Source: Diplonema japonicum
Lineage: Eukaryota > Protista > Euglenozoa: Diplonemea
Direction of reading: 5' to 3'
Assembly: GCA_964019335.1 (NCBI GenBank)
Contig: OZ025733.1
Coordinates: 355,049 to 419,048 of the forward strand
Length of the DNA stretch: 64,000 nucleotides
Of the stretch, positions 45,606 to 55,392 are shown in pieces. Under the pieces are notes generated by a model, which did not search any database, was not told the DNA's origin, and saw nothing but the letters and a program-made list of their open reading frames with translations. A program made the position numbers and the translations under genes. The stretch's first letter is position 1. Each line of letters starts with the position of its first letter.

Positions 45606-45851
45606 ATGGACACAGAATGGACCGGACATACAGGGTTCAGCCAGTCGCAGCAAGGTTCGAGCACAGAAAGAGCTGCTGAAGCTGCAGGAAAACTGTCCGC
45701 CAACGATATTGAAGGCATGGATGCGGTGCTGAGAAACTACGCCGGGTGCGAAAGAAGCCAGCGCATACTGGTAGAGCCCTTAGGACACACGTCTCTAACA
45801 GCTACGTTGACCGAGTATATTGTGAAGAAGCGCAACAGCGCTAGCACGTAG
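45606..45851 (+). CDS. Small hypothetical protein (81 aa)
   Basis: ATG directly after a pyrimidine tract and CAG acceptor-like site; coding-like composition; same strand as neighbouring genes. Confidence 0.45.
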   Translation: MDTEWTGHTGFSQSQQGSSTERAAEAAGKLSANDIEGMDAVLRNYAGCERSQRILVEPLGHTSLTATLTEYIVKKRNSAST

Positions 45852-45942
45852 ATTTATATTATTCGTCTCCCGTGTCTCACTTTATTGCACATTCACTTTA
45901 CAGGCTTTTACACTTATTCTTCTACAAAAGAAACAAACAAAA

Positions 45943-48900
45943 ATGTCTGACCGTAAGGAAAAGGCGTTGTTCTGCTACACGAACGCTACTCGCGGCGACC
46001 TCATTGTGAAGTGGCTCGTTGAGCAGGCTTATGAGGTGGTGGGACTTGTGGTGGATGTCGGCGGGCATGCAGACATCAGTAGAGTGTCGAAGGAACTCAA
46101 GGAAATGGGGTGCAACCAGGTCATTATCGAAGACATGAGGTGCTCCTTCATCACGGAGTTTGTGTACCCTGCTGTTCAAGCAAAGTGTGCGTTGGGAGTA
46201 CCTTTAAGCGCCCCTTGCGTCGCAAAGATGCAAATGCAGGTTGCAGCTCGGGAAGGCATCAGCACCGTTGTCCATGGAGTTCGGGGTGACGTGCAGATCC
46301 AATTCGAGCTTGTCTATTACGCCCTGCAACCCCAGATCACGGTCATCACCCCTTGGCGTGACTCTGCCTTCGTGGCTGCTGCCGAGACGCAAGGCGTTCC
46401 CGTGTCGCCGTCTGCAGAGCACCACTACGACGGGATCACCGACCTAGACCTGCAGTATCTCAACGATGTTGACAGTGGAACGCCCACGCCCGACCTCGAG
46501 CCCGAGACCATAAGCATCGAGTTTAAGAATGGGATCCCTGTGAAGATAATCTCGCTGACAGGCACTCACGAAGGCACCATCCACACGAACCCTTTGGACA
46601 TTTTCTCTTTCTTGAACGAGATCGGCACGGAGCACGGGGTGGGCATCATCGACAGGATCGAAGACTTCGAGCTCACCGTGAAGGGCAAGATCACCGTTGC
46701 ATCACCGGGGCACACAATCCTTGCCGTGGCGCACACCGACATTGAGGGCATCACCATGGACAGGGAGGTCAGACGGTTGCGTGACATGCTGCAGTCTAAG
46801 TTCACTGCACTCGTGAAGGGCGGTTGCAGGTTCTCTCCAGAAATGGACTTTATCACAGCTGCAATAAACAAGTCACAGGAGTTCATTGACGGCATTGTGA
46901 CGCTGCAGGTGTGCGCCGGAAACGTCTTCCCAACATCACGCACATCGGAGAAAAGTCTTTTCGATAAGGAGCTCTCAAGCATGTCAATCTCTGACGCCGT
47001 CGACCCACAAGACGTTGAAGGGTTTATTAAGGTACACTCCATGAGGTTAAGCGCGCATCACGCGATCCTCACGAAGCACTCTCCGAAGGACCCTTCTAGG
47101 TGGCCCGCAGGAACGCTTACAATGAGCGATGGCAGCTCCTTCGAGGGGCGCGTGTTTGGGCAGCAGATATCCACGGCTGGTGAGGTTGTGTTCACCACGG
47201 GAATGGTGGGATATCCTGAGTCCCTCACCGATCCTTCATACCGCGGGCAGATCCTAGTCCTCACGTACCCCATGATCGGGAATTACGGCATCCCACCTAT
47301 GACGAAGGACTCGTATGGCATCATGGAGCACTTTGAAAGCTTCGGTGCTGAGATCCACGTTGCGGGGCTGATTGTGTCGGAGTACTGCGAGGAGCCGAGC
47401 CACTGGAATGCGTCGAGCAACCTGTCGCAGTGGTTGAAGTCGCAGAACATCCCTGCTATGATGATGGTGGATACACGTGCTTTGGTGAAGAAGATCCGCG
47501 AATCTGGAAGCCTTTTAGGAAAGATCACCTGCAACTACGACGTGGAGTTCAAAAACCCTAACCTAGTGAGTCTCACAAAGGAGGTGTCCCTGAAGCGCCC
47601 CATCACATATGGCAACGGGGACCTCACAATCCTGTGCATTGATATGGGTGTGAAGCTGAACACCATCCGTTTGTTCTTAAAGCATAACGTAACGCTGAAG
47701 GTGGTGCCGTGGGACTGGGATATTAGGAACGAGGAGTACGATGGACTCTTTATCTCGAACGGGCCCGGTGATCCGTCGCTGCTGCAGGCGACCATCGACA
47801 ACTTGAAATGGGCCATCCAGAGAGACACGCCGATCTTTGGCATCTGCATGGGAAACCTTGTGTTGGGACTGGCAGCAGGGGCAACGTCGTACAAGCTGAA
47901 GTACGGAAATAGAGGCCAGAACCAGCCTGTGATCAATCACATGACCAAAAAGTGCATTATCACGACACAGAACCACGGCTATGCCATTGATAACAATACT
48001 CTCCCCGATGACTGGGAGGTCTACTTCACCAACGCAAACGACAAGTCGAACGAAGGTATTAAGCACAAGACCAAGCCGTTCTTCAGCGTGCAGTTCCACC
48101 CCGAGGCGAGGTGCGGCCCCAACGACTCGGAGTACCTGTTCACCGACTTCATCGACAATGTTAGAGACTACAAGATCGAGTGTTACATCCTCAACAAGCC
48201 TCGCAAGGTGCTCGTTCTCGGCGCGGGTGGCATCACCATCGGACAGGCTGGCGAGTTCGACTACTCTGGCAGCCAATGTATCAAGTCCATCAAGGAGGAG
48301 GGCATCGAGACTGTGTTAATCAACCCTAACGTTGCCACCGTGCAGACGGCGGTGGGCCTTGCTGACCACATCTACTACACGCCCATCACAGTGCCGTACG
48401 TAGAGGACGTCATCAAGAAAGAGAAGCCCGACGGCATCATGCTGGGCTTTGGCGGACAGACAGCACTTAACTGCGGGCTTCAGCTTCAAAAGCAAGGCAT
48501 CCTCCGTAAGTACAACGTGCGCGTCCTCGGCACACCCACCAAAGCCATCGAGATCTCGGAGGACCGCGAGATGTTCGCAGAGACACTGAAGCAAATCCAC
48601 GAGAAGCTAGCTCCCTCGCAAGCAGTGTCCTCCATCGAGGAGGCAGTGGCAGCTGCGGCCACCATCAAGTACCCTGTCATGGTACGTGCAGCCTTTGCTC
48701 TGGGGGGGCTTGGGTCTGGTATTGTGAACAACGAAGAGGAGTTACGTACACTTGTTGCGAAGGCTCTTGCAAATTCACCTCAGGTGCTTGTCGAGAAGAG
48801 TGTGAAGGGGTGGAAGGAGGTGGAGTACGAGGTGGTAAGGGACGTACGTGACAACTGCATCACGGTGTGCAACATGGAAAACTTCGATCCTATGGGCGTG

Positions 48901-51483
48901 CATACCGGGGAAAGCATTGTAGTCGCCCCGTCGCAGACACTTACCAACGACGAGTATCACATGCTGCGCACAGCCTCCATCAAGATCATTAGGCACCTTG
49001 GTATCGTGGGCGAGTGCAACGTGCAGTACGGCCTTGACCCAGAGTCTATGGAGTATATCGTCATCGAGGTAAACGCCAGGCTCAGCAGATCGTCGGCCTT
49101 GGCCTCCAAGGCAACAGGGTACCCCTTAGCAGCAGTGGCCGCGAAGCTGGCCTTGGGTATTGAGCTCCCTGATGTTATCAACTCGGTGACGAAGGGTACC
49201 ACGGCGTGCTTCGAGCCGTCTTTGGACTATGTGGTGGTGAAGATGCCCAGATGGGACCTGTCCAAGTTCAACATGGTTTCTCAAAAGATCGGCTCTGTCA
49301 TGAAGTCTGTTGGTGAAGTCATGGCTATTGGGAGGTCTTTTCAAGAAGCTTTTCAAAAGGCAGTGCGCATGGCTGATCTGTCTTACAAGGGTTTCGACGA
49401 CAGGCATCTCAGCACCACCGATCTTGAACACCTGGAAGAAGAAATCAGGAATCCCACGCCGTTGCGTGTCTTCCACATCGCGAAGGCCCTCAAGCTGGGC
49501 GCCACAGTGTCGGACATCCACACGTGGTCTAACATAGATATTTGGTTTCTCGAGAAATTGAAGGACATCAGCATGCTGGGCACCTTTATTGAGGAAGAGT
49601 ATGGTTGCAAGCTGACGTCAATCCCCGCAACCACCATGTGGGAGCTCAAGGCTATGGGCTACTCGGACATCCAGATCGCTGAAAGGGTGGGTTCAACAGA
49701 GAAGCTTGTGCGAGAACGCAGGAAGTCTCTTGACGTGCTGCCGTTCGTGAAGCAGATCGACACTGTAGCTGGTGAGTTCCCTGCTGACACCAACGCCAAT
49801 TACTTGTACCTCACGTACAATGCCTCATTCGACGACATCAAGCCGAGCGACAACCCCGTTGCCGTCCTGGGCTCGGGAGTGTACAGGATTGGAAGCTCTG
49901 TCGAATTCGATTATTGCGGTGTGATGTGCCTCAGGAACCTGCATTCTTTGGGACACAAGACAGTTATGATCAACAGCAACCCCGAGACCGTTTCCACCGA
50001 CTACGATGAGTCTGACAGGCTGTACTTCGAGGAGCTGTCGCTGGAGAGAATTCTTGACATCTGTGACAAAGAGACACCCAGCGGAGTTGTAGTGTCAGTA
50101 GGAGGTCAGATTTCGCAGAACTTGGCTATGCCCCTGCAGCTCAGCTCAGTGAACGTGCTAGGCACAGACCCGTTGATGATCGACCAGGCTGAGGACAGGT
50201 CAAAGTTCAGCACGCTGTGCGACGAGATTGGAGTTGATCAGCCGAGGTGGTCCTCGCTTACCAGTGTGAGCGAGGCCGCTGCCTTCTGCTCTCAGATTGG
50301 GTACCCCGTGTTGCTCCGCCCCTCGTACGTGCTGTCAGGTAGCGCGATGAACGTCGTGTGGCGCGAGGAAGACCTCTCCACTCTACTCGAAGAGGCAGCT
50401 GCCGTCAGCACGGAGCATCCTGTCGTCATCTCAAAGTACCACACGGACAGCATGGAGCTGGACGTCGACGTCGTTGCCGACCAAGGCACCCTCGTGACGT
50501 GGGCCGTTTCACAGCACTTGGAAAATGCTGGTGTCCACAGTGGTGACGCTACTATGGTGTTGCCGCCGCTCCTTAAGTCTGAGGACGTGGAAACCGTGAG
50601 ACAGGCAACGGAAAGACTGGCAGCGAAGCTACGTGTGAGCGGCCCTATGAATGTACAATATCTCCGCCTCCCCGACGGCTCTGTGAAAGTGATCGAGGCT
50701 AACGTAAGGTGCAGCAGGAGTGTGCCGTTCGTGTCGAAAACAACGGGTGTTGACTTCTGCAGAAAGATGGTGGAGGTTTTGACAAGGCCTTTTGTTAGTG
50801 GCACAGTCGTGGAGGCGATTGACATGGTGGCTATGCGCCGTGGGCATATGGGTGTGAAGGCGCCAATGTTCTCGTTCTTGAGGCTGACAGGCGCCGACCC
50901 TATACTTGGGGTGGAGATGTCTTCTACTGGTGAGGTAGCGTGCTTCGGCCATGATTTTGACGAGGTGTTCCTGAAGGCCATGCTGTGTGCAGGGTTCAGG
51001 ATGCCTAAGAGGAACGTCTACGTGAACATCGAGTCTGCTGACTTGCATGACGAGTTTTTCCCTAGTGTGGTTGCCCTGGCAAAGTGCTACGAGCTCTTTG
51101 CGTCACCAGAGACAGCCAAGTACCTCATGAGCAAGGGCGTCAGCAGCACTGTGCTTGCGAACCCACGTGACCGTGCTTCATCCCACACGAGTTACCTTGA
51201 GGCGATCGAGAGGCGAATCTTGCACATGGTCGTAAACCTGAGAGACCCGTGTCTTGATTGGCAGCTAAAGGCAGCGACTCCCGAAACTGTGCAAGACGGG
51301 TATCTCATCAGAAGGAACGCCATCGACTTCAATGTTCCTTTGCTGACTAACTTACAAATCGCCACCCACGTGGCAAGGTATGAGAAGGAGGAAGTAAAGA
51401 AAAAAACAATCATATACCCCAACAGAGTGATCACAAAACCGTGCGGGCTGGACATTAGCTCTTACAATTCGTATTTTGCTTGA
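45943..51483 (+). CDS. Glutamine-dependent carbamoyl-phosphate synthetase (fused GATase and synthetase) with an N-terminal degenerate argininosuccinate-synthase domain; probable 48-nt intron 51378-51425
   Basis: aa ~1-375 align with ASS. The GATase part has GEVVFTTGMVGYPESLTDPSY, SNGPGDP, GICMG and QFHPE. The large subunit has IGQAGEFDYSG, NMENFDPMGVHTGES, IEVNARLSRSSALASKATGYPLA, RPSYVLSG and an MGS-like tail. No DHOase or ATCase domain. Confidence 0.95.
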   Translation: MSDRKEKALFCYTNATRGDLIVKWLVEQAYEVVGLVVDVGGHADISRVSKELKEMGCNQVIIEDMRCSFITEFVYPAVQAKCALGVPLSAPCVAKMQMQVAAREGISTVVHGVRGDVQIQFELVYYALQPQITVITPWRDSAFVAAAETQGVPVSPSAEHHYDGITDLDLQYLNDVDSGTPTPDLEPETISIEFKNGIPVKIISLTGTHEGTIHTNPLDIFSFLNEIGTEHGVGIIDRIEDFELTVKGKITVASPGHTILAVAHTDIEGITMDREVRRLRDMLQSKFTALVKGGCRFSPEMDFITAAINKSQEFIDGIVTLQVCAGNVFPTSRTSEKSLFDKELSSMSISDAVDPQDVEGFIKVHSMRLSAHHAILTKHSPKDPSRWPAGTLTMSDGSSFEGRVFGQQISTAGEVVFTTGMVGYPESLTDPSYRGQILVLTYPMIGNYGIPPMTKDSYGIMEHFESFGAEIHVAGLIVSEYCEEPSHWNASSNLSQWLKSQNIPAMMMVDTRALVKKIRESGSLLGKITCNYDVEFKNPNLVSLTKEVSLKRPITYGNGDLTILCIDMGVKLNTIRLFLKHNVTLKVVPWDWDIRNEEYDGLFISNGPGDPSLLQATIDNLKWAIQRDTPIFGICMGNLVLGLAAGATSYKLKYGNRGQNQPVINHMTKKCIITTQNHGYAIDNNTLPDDWEVYFTNANDKSNEGIKHKTKPFFSVQFHPEARCGPNDSEYLFTDFIDNVRDYKIECYILNKPRKVLVLGAGGITIGQAGEFDYSGSQCIKSIKEEGIETVLINPNVATVQTAVGLADHIYYTPITVPYVEDVIKKEKPDGIMLGFGGQTALNCGLQLQKQGILRKYNVRVLGTPTKAIEISEDREMFAETLKQIHEKLAPSQAVSSIEEAVAAAATIKYPVMVRAAFALGGLGSGIVNNEEELRTLVAKALANSPQVLVEKSVKGWKEVEYEVVRDVRDNCITVCNMENFDPMGVHTGESIVVAPSQTLTNDEYHMLRTASIKIIRHLGIVGECNVQYGLDPESMEYIVIEVNARLSRSSALASKATGYPLAAVAAKLALGIELPDVINSVTKGTTACFEPSLDYVVVKMPRWDLSKFNMVSQKIGSVMKSVGEVMAIGRSFQEAFQKAVRMADLSYKGFDDRHLSTTDLEHLEEEIRNPTPLRVFHIAKALKLGATVSDIHTWSNIDIWFLEKLKDISMLGTFIEEEYGCKLTSIPATTMWELKAMGYSDIQIAERVGSTEKLVRERRKSLDVLPFVKQIDTVAGEFPADTNANYLYLTYNASFDDIKPSDNPVAVLGSGVYRIGSSVEFDYCGVMCLRNLHSLGHKTVMINSNPETVSTDYDESDRLYFEELSLERILDICDKETPSGVVVSVGGQISQNLAMPLQLSSVNVLGTDPLMIDQAEDRSKFSTLCDEIGVDQPRWSSLTSVSEAAAFCSQIGYPVLLRPSYVLSGSAMNVVWREEDLSTLLEEAAAVSTEHPVVISKYHTDSMELDVDVVADQGTLVTWAVSQHLENAGVHSGDATMVLPPLLKSEDVETVRQATERLAAKLRVSGPMNVQYLRLPDGSVKVIEANVRCSRSVPFVSKTTGVDFCRKMVEVLTRPFVSGTVVEAIDMVAMRRGHMGVKAPMFSFLRLTGADPILGVEMSSTGEVACFGHDFDEVFLKAMLCAGFRMPKRNVYVNIESADLHDEFFPSVVALAKCYELFASPETAKYLMSKGVSSTVLANPRDRASSHTSYLEAIERRILHMVVNLRDPCLDWQLKAATPETVQDGYLIRRNAIDFNVPLLTNLQIATHVARYEKEEVKKKTIIYPNRVITKPCGLDISSYNSYFA

Positions 51484-51647
51484 GTGTGGCATGCTTTTCT
51501 TTTGATTGGTTTTCCCGTCATAGTGAAAATTCTTTTTTATTCTTCCTCCCTTTTTTACAACCCGTATTTAAGAAAGAAAAAACTACGAGAACAAAACATA
51601 TTTGGTCTCCTTTCCTTCCTACAAAGAGTGATAGTTACTGGCCTTAA

Positions 51648-52138
51648 AGGTAAATGTCTTTGTTTCCTCTTTCCCCCTTTAACTGGAGCCTTAGAAGTAT
51701 TACCTGAGCACCACTTGAGGGTGCCTCAGTTGCGCGGCCACTCGATGGCGCCGACTCTGTCCAATCCTCTGCTGTGTAAGTGATGAGCTAACTTTTTGCG
51801 ACAGTATGCTTCTGCTCTTCCCCTTTTTTTCCAAAAGAACTTTAACGAAAAAGCCCCCTGTTCTTTCTCATTTTGTTTATTTAACATGGGCAGCAAATGT
51901 GCACGGGTTCCGGCTTCAAGGCTTGCCTGCCTGCCTGCCTGTAGCACTGCTCCCGTACGATTCTGTTTAACATATTACACGTACTTTTATTTCTGCTCAA
52001 CATCGAAGGCTTGCAGGTTCCTATCGCTGACCGCGACAGGCTGCCGCAGTCTGACCACCGCTGTTGGTCCGCCGGAGCCCTCAGAACGGGTGCGACGGGA
52101 CTAAACCCAACTAGGCCGGTGACTCAAAAACGCATACC
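51648..52138. mobile_element. Possible second Kolobok-like non-autonomous element
   Basis: TTAA|AGGTAAATG ... CGCATACC|TTAA bounds a complex, non-coding ~490-bp block. Single copy in the window with very short TIRs. Confidence 0.35.
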
Positions 52139-52205
52139 TTAAAAGAATAGTTTATTTTCTACTTCAGTTTACTTTTTCTTTGAGTTATATCAAATCAGCA
52201 GGGTC

Positions 52206-53600
52206 ATGATGCCTCTCGTGCAGCTAGGTTTGTCGTTGTTTCTGGTGCTCGTGCCGTTTTGGGGGATGCAGAGCTATGCAACCAGCCTTGGTGGGTGCAC
52301 AGACTGCACGTTGTACTGTTCCACGTCGAGCAACGAATGCGTGGCGAAGGGACATGGCGAATTCAGGCCCCAAGAGGCAAAGTGCAGCTGGCGCAGCGGG
52401 AGTAAGACGTATTGCACGCAGTTCAGCAGTAACGAGGACTTGACATGTCCTGCAATAAGCATCACGAATCGTTCTGGCACATTCACGCCTGTGCTCGATC
52501 GCTGCAGCAATGACACAATGGGCACGTTCATGCTTGGTGTGCTGTACCTGACAGCTGCCCTGTGCTGTGTTACGGGGTACATCTTCAACCTCGAATATGC
52601 TATACGGTCGCTCGCCAAGAGAAGTGTGATTTTTGTGTGCTTCTCCTTCGCCTTGCTCAGCGTTGTCTGGTGCATTACAAGCAACACATCTTCCGAGACA
52701 TTGCAGTACTTTCTGCTTTTTCCCAGCGCCGTCCTTGCGGGCGGCTCCTTATCGTTTGTGTGGAAGGCTAAAGAGGTCTACATTGACTGTGAGTGTCGCA
52801 GCCTCCCCGACAGTGCAAAGTCTGTGTGGTTCAGTGGCTTTCTTCTTGCGCTGTCGCTCAGCCAGGTGGTGGGCAACCTGGCTGCATCGCTGTCGGTGTA
52901 TAGCACGATGGCGATGGTGATGACCTTTGTATTGGCGCCGTGTCTTGGCTTCCTGCTCTCTGTGTTCCTCGAGGACCACAGCGATTCCAGCGACGAAGGG
53001 GACGGTGACATGTGCGGCCAAGATGTCCACAACACTAGCGGGACCCCCGACTCCCTTGTCCTGGTGTGCATGGTGTATTGTGGTATCGAGCAGGGCTTTA
53101 CGTACGGGAAATTCACACAAACAATTGTGTATGAATCTGTGGGGTTAGAAGGGATCGGATTGATAATGGCAGCTTACGCACTAATTCACGTGTTCACTTC
53201 AGTTGTCATCCCGTGGCATAGCATCTTCCCCAGGTTATTGGCAGACCTCACGCGTCCTTTGGTAAGGTTCGTGGCCATTGTCATTCACCGCTGGGCCTTT
53301 GAGGCTGCAACCGACGCGATGGACCCCTCGTTAGTGCCAGAACGCAGCATCATACTGCAAATAACCCTGTACCTCGCTATGGGTGACGCGCTCCTCTCCA
53401 TGTACATCACAGAGCACCTTCAGGGCCTGTGCCGTGAGTGGTTTAATGTTTATAAGATATTACAGTATCTTGCCATGGCCTTCATGTTCTTGACGGACTG
53501 CCAGTTTGTGGACAGCATTCTCATAAACATGTTCCTCTACGGTTTCATCTACGTCCTGCTGCTTGACAGTGTCTGGAGCTTCAAGCAGCGGTTTTTCTGA
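52206..53600 (+). CDS. UNC-93-like MFS membrane protein, copy A
   Basis: About 10-12 TM segments, SQVVGNL, YCGIEQGFTYGKFT, LAMGDAL, and a Cys-rich first loop. Confidence 0.75.
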   Translation: MMPLVQLGLSLFLVLVPFWGMQSYATSLGGCTDCTLYCSTSSNECVAKGHGEFRPQEAKCSWRSGSKTYCTQFSSNEDLTCPAISITNRSGTFTPVLDRCSNDTMGTFMLGVLYLTAALCCVTGYIFNLEYAIRSLAKRSVIFVCFSFALLSVVWCITSNTSSETLQYFLLFPSAVLAGGSLSFVWKAKEVYIDCECRSLPDSAKSVWFSGFLLALSLSQVVGNLAASLSVYSTMAMVMTFVLAPCLGFLLSVFLEDHSDSSDEGDGDMCGQDVHNTSGTPDSLVLVCMVYCGIEQGFTYGKFTQTIVYESVGLEGIGLIMAAYALIHVFTSVVIPWHSIFPRLLADLTRPLVRFVAIVIHRWAFEAATDAMDPSLVPERSIILQITLYLAMGDALLSMYITEHLQGLCREWFNVYKILQYLAMAFMFLTDCQFVDSILINMFLYGFIYVLLLDSVWSFKQRFF

Positions 53601-53672
53601 GATCCTGCTTGCTTACGATCGAATTCCATTTATTTTGTATTGTTAACCTTCAATGGCATTCAGGGTGAAAAA

Positions 53673-55290
53673 ATGCAGCTGAAGCTTGAAGAGTATTCGT
53701 ACAGCCTTGTCACGTGCTACGTGTTCGCCTTCGCGTGCATCTTAGTGCCGTTTTGGGGGATACAAACATACGGTACCATCATGCTGGGGACTTGTGGAGA
53801 CTGCACGTTCTACTGCTCCAGCACGAGCCGTTTCTGCCATGTGTCGAAGGATGTGTCTGGCGAACCGATGATGTGCAGTTGGACCGGCACTAGGGGCACC
53901 TACTGTGCTGCATATGACGGTGCAGGCTGCCCGAACAGCAAGGCAGGCTATGTGGCCAACATCACTGTGGGATCCACTGTGACTGCGCCTTCCTTCAGCG
54001 CCTGCAACAGGGACAGAAACATCGGCTCTCTTGTATTTGGTGTTGTATATCTCACTGCTGCGTTATGCTGCTTAACTGGGCGGTTCATAAGTCTGAAGGG
54101 CAATTTTGTGCCAATTGTGTGGCTTTCGCTACCTTTGTTCACTACTGTATGTTACATGTCAACCACCTTTACACCAACCATGCTGCTCTGCCTGCTGCTG
54201 CCCTGTGCAGTGATGGTAGGCTGCTCGCTGCCTGTCATATGGAAGCTACACGCCGACGCCACGAGCCACCAGTGCGATAGCTGGAAGTCCATTTGGTTCT
54301 CGTCTATTATTCTTATGTATTCGTTCAGTCAGGTGTGTGGTAACCTGCTTGGTTTCACCCCGTCGGTCACCTTGGTCATCGCTGCCTGCGCGCCCTTGTG
54401 GCTATTGGTCGACAGCTGTGCTGGTGTTTGTGACGTGGAGCATGCAACGACGAGGTGTGAGGGAGAGGCACCTGCAGAAGAGTGCTTGGAACTCGTGTGG
54501 GATGCACCCCGAAACACCAGCAACAGACCCCTCATGATCATCCCGTACATGCTGTACTTTGGCATCGAGCAGGGCTTTACATACAGCGATTTCACCTATC
54601 GGTGGATGCGGCTGCTACCAGCAACATTGGAGGAGATAAACTGGGTGATGGGGGTGTCGTATGCACTTTTCGTAGCTGTGGTGTCAGGCATAGTGCCTTT
54701 GAGCAACATAATCTTGCCTGGGTACCTGAAGGATCTGTTTTTTACAATCTATCCATGGGTGGTTATCGTGCAACATACATTCGTAGTGCATAAGTTGTAT
54801 ACTGGGTCTTGGGATCCGAAGGTCACAGCAAGCTTTCTCGCGATTGGAGATGCCCTACTGGGCATGTACATCATCGCAAGGCTACACCGCATGCACGACT
54901 CAGCGAAGTGGGTGAACACATTTAAGACAGTGCAATGCCTTGCAATGTCTTTCATGTTCTTGACAAACTATGACACCAGGTATGAGGGAAGAACAATTAG
55001 AACATCGTGCCTGCAGGATTTTCAGCAACGAAGGACGCCTAGTCATTATGGCCTGCGGTATCGCGATGCTCCTCGCGGTCCACACGGCAGAGACAATCTT
55101 CTTCCTCAACACGAAATACTTCCCCAGCATCTCCGTTCGTACCTTCGTAATAGGCATCTTCGTCCTGACTGTATTAGTGTCCCCCTTTTACAACGTCATT
55201 TACAAGTTCTCTTACAACATCGCTTACTACACGTACGTAGGTTTCTCTCTTGCAGTCACCTTCTGCCGGTTCCTCCTTGGCATCGCGTGA
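53673..55290 (+). CDS. UNC-93-like MFS membrane protein, copy B; exons 53673-54979, 55017-55290
   Basis: Paralogous to copy A (VPFWG.Q.Y, GIEQGFTY..FT, LAIGDALL). A 37-nt intron at 54980-55016 adds extra hydrophobic helices. Confidence 0.75.
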
Positions 55291-55392
55291 CGCGTCATCT
55301 TTGTATCTTGAGTAACGGTTCAGGGGGTCGGATTTCCGCCCTAAGAAAGTTTTTTTCCAAGGCATTCACGTGCTGCATAGTCACACAGCAGG

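Noticed and set aside
45943-51483. CAD/URA2 multifunctional protein
   Set aside because: The ORF ends after the MGS-like domain, with no dihydroorotase or ATCase.
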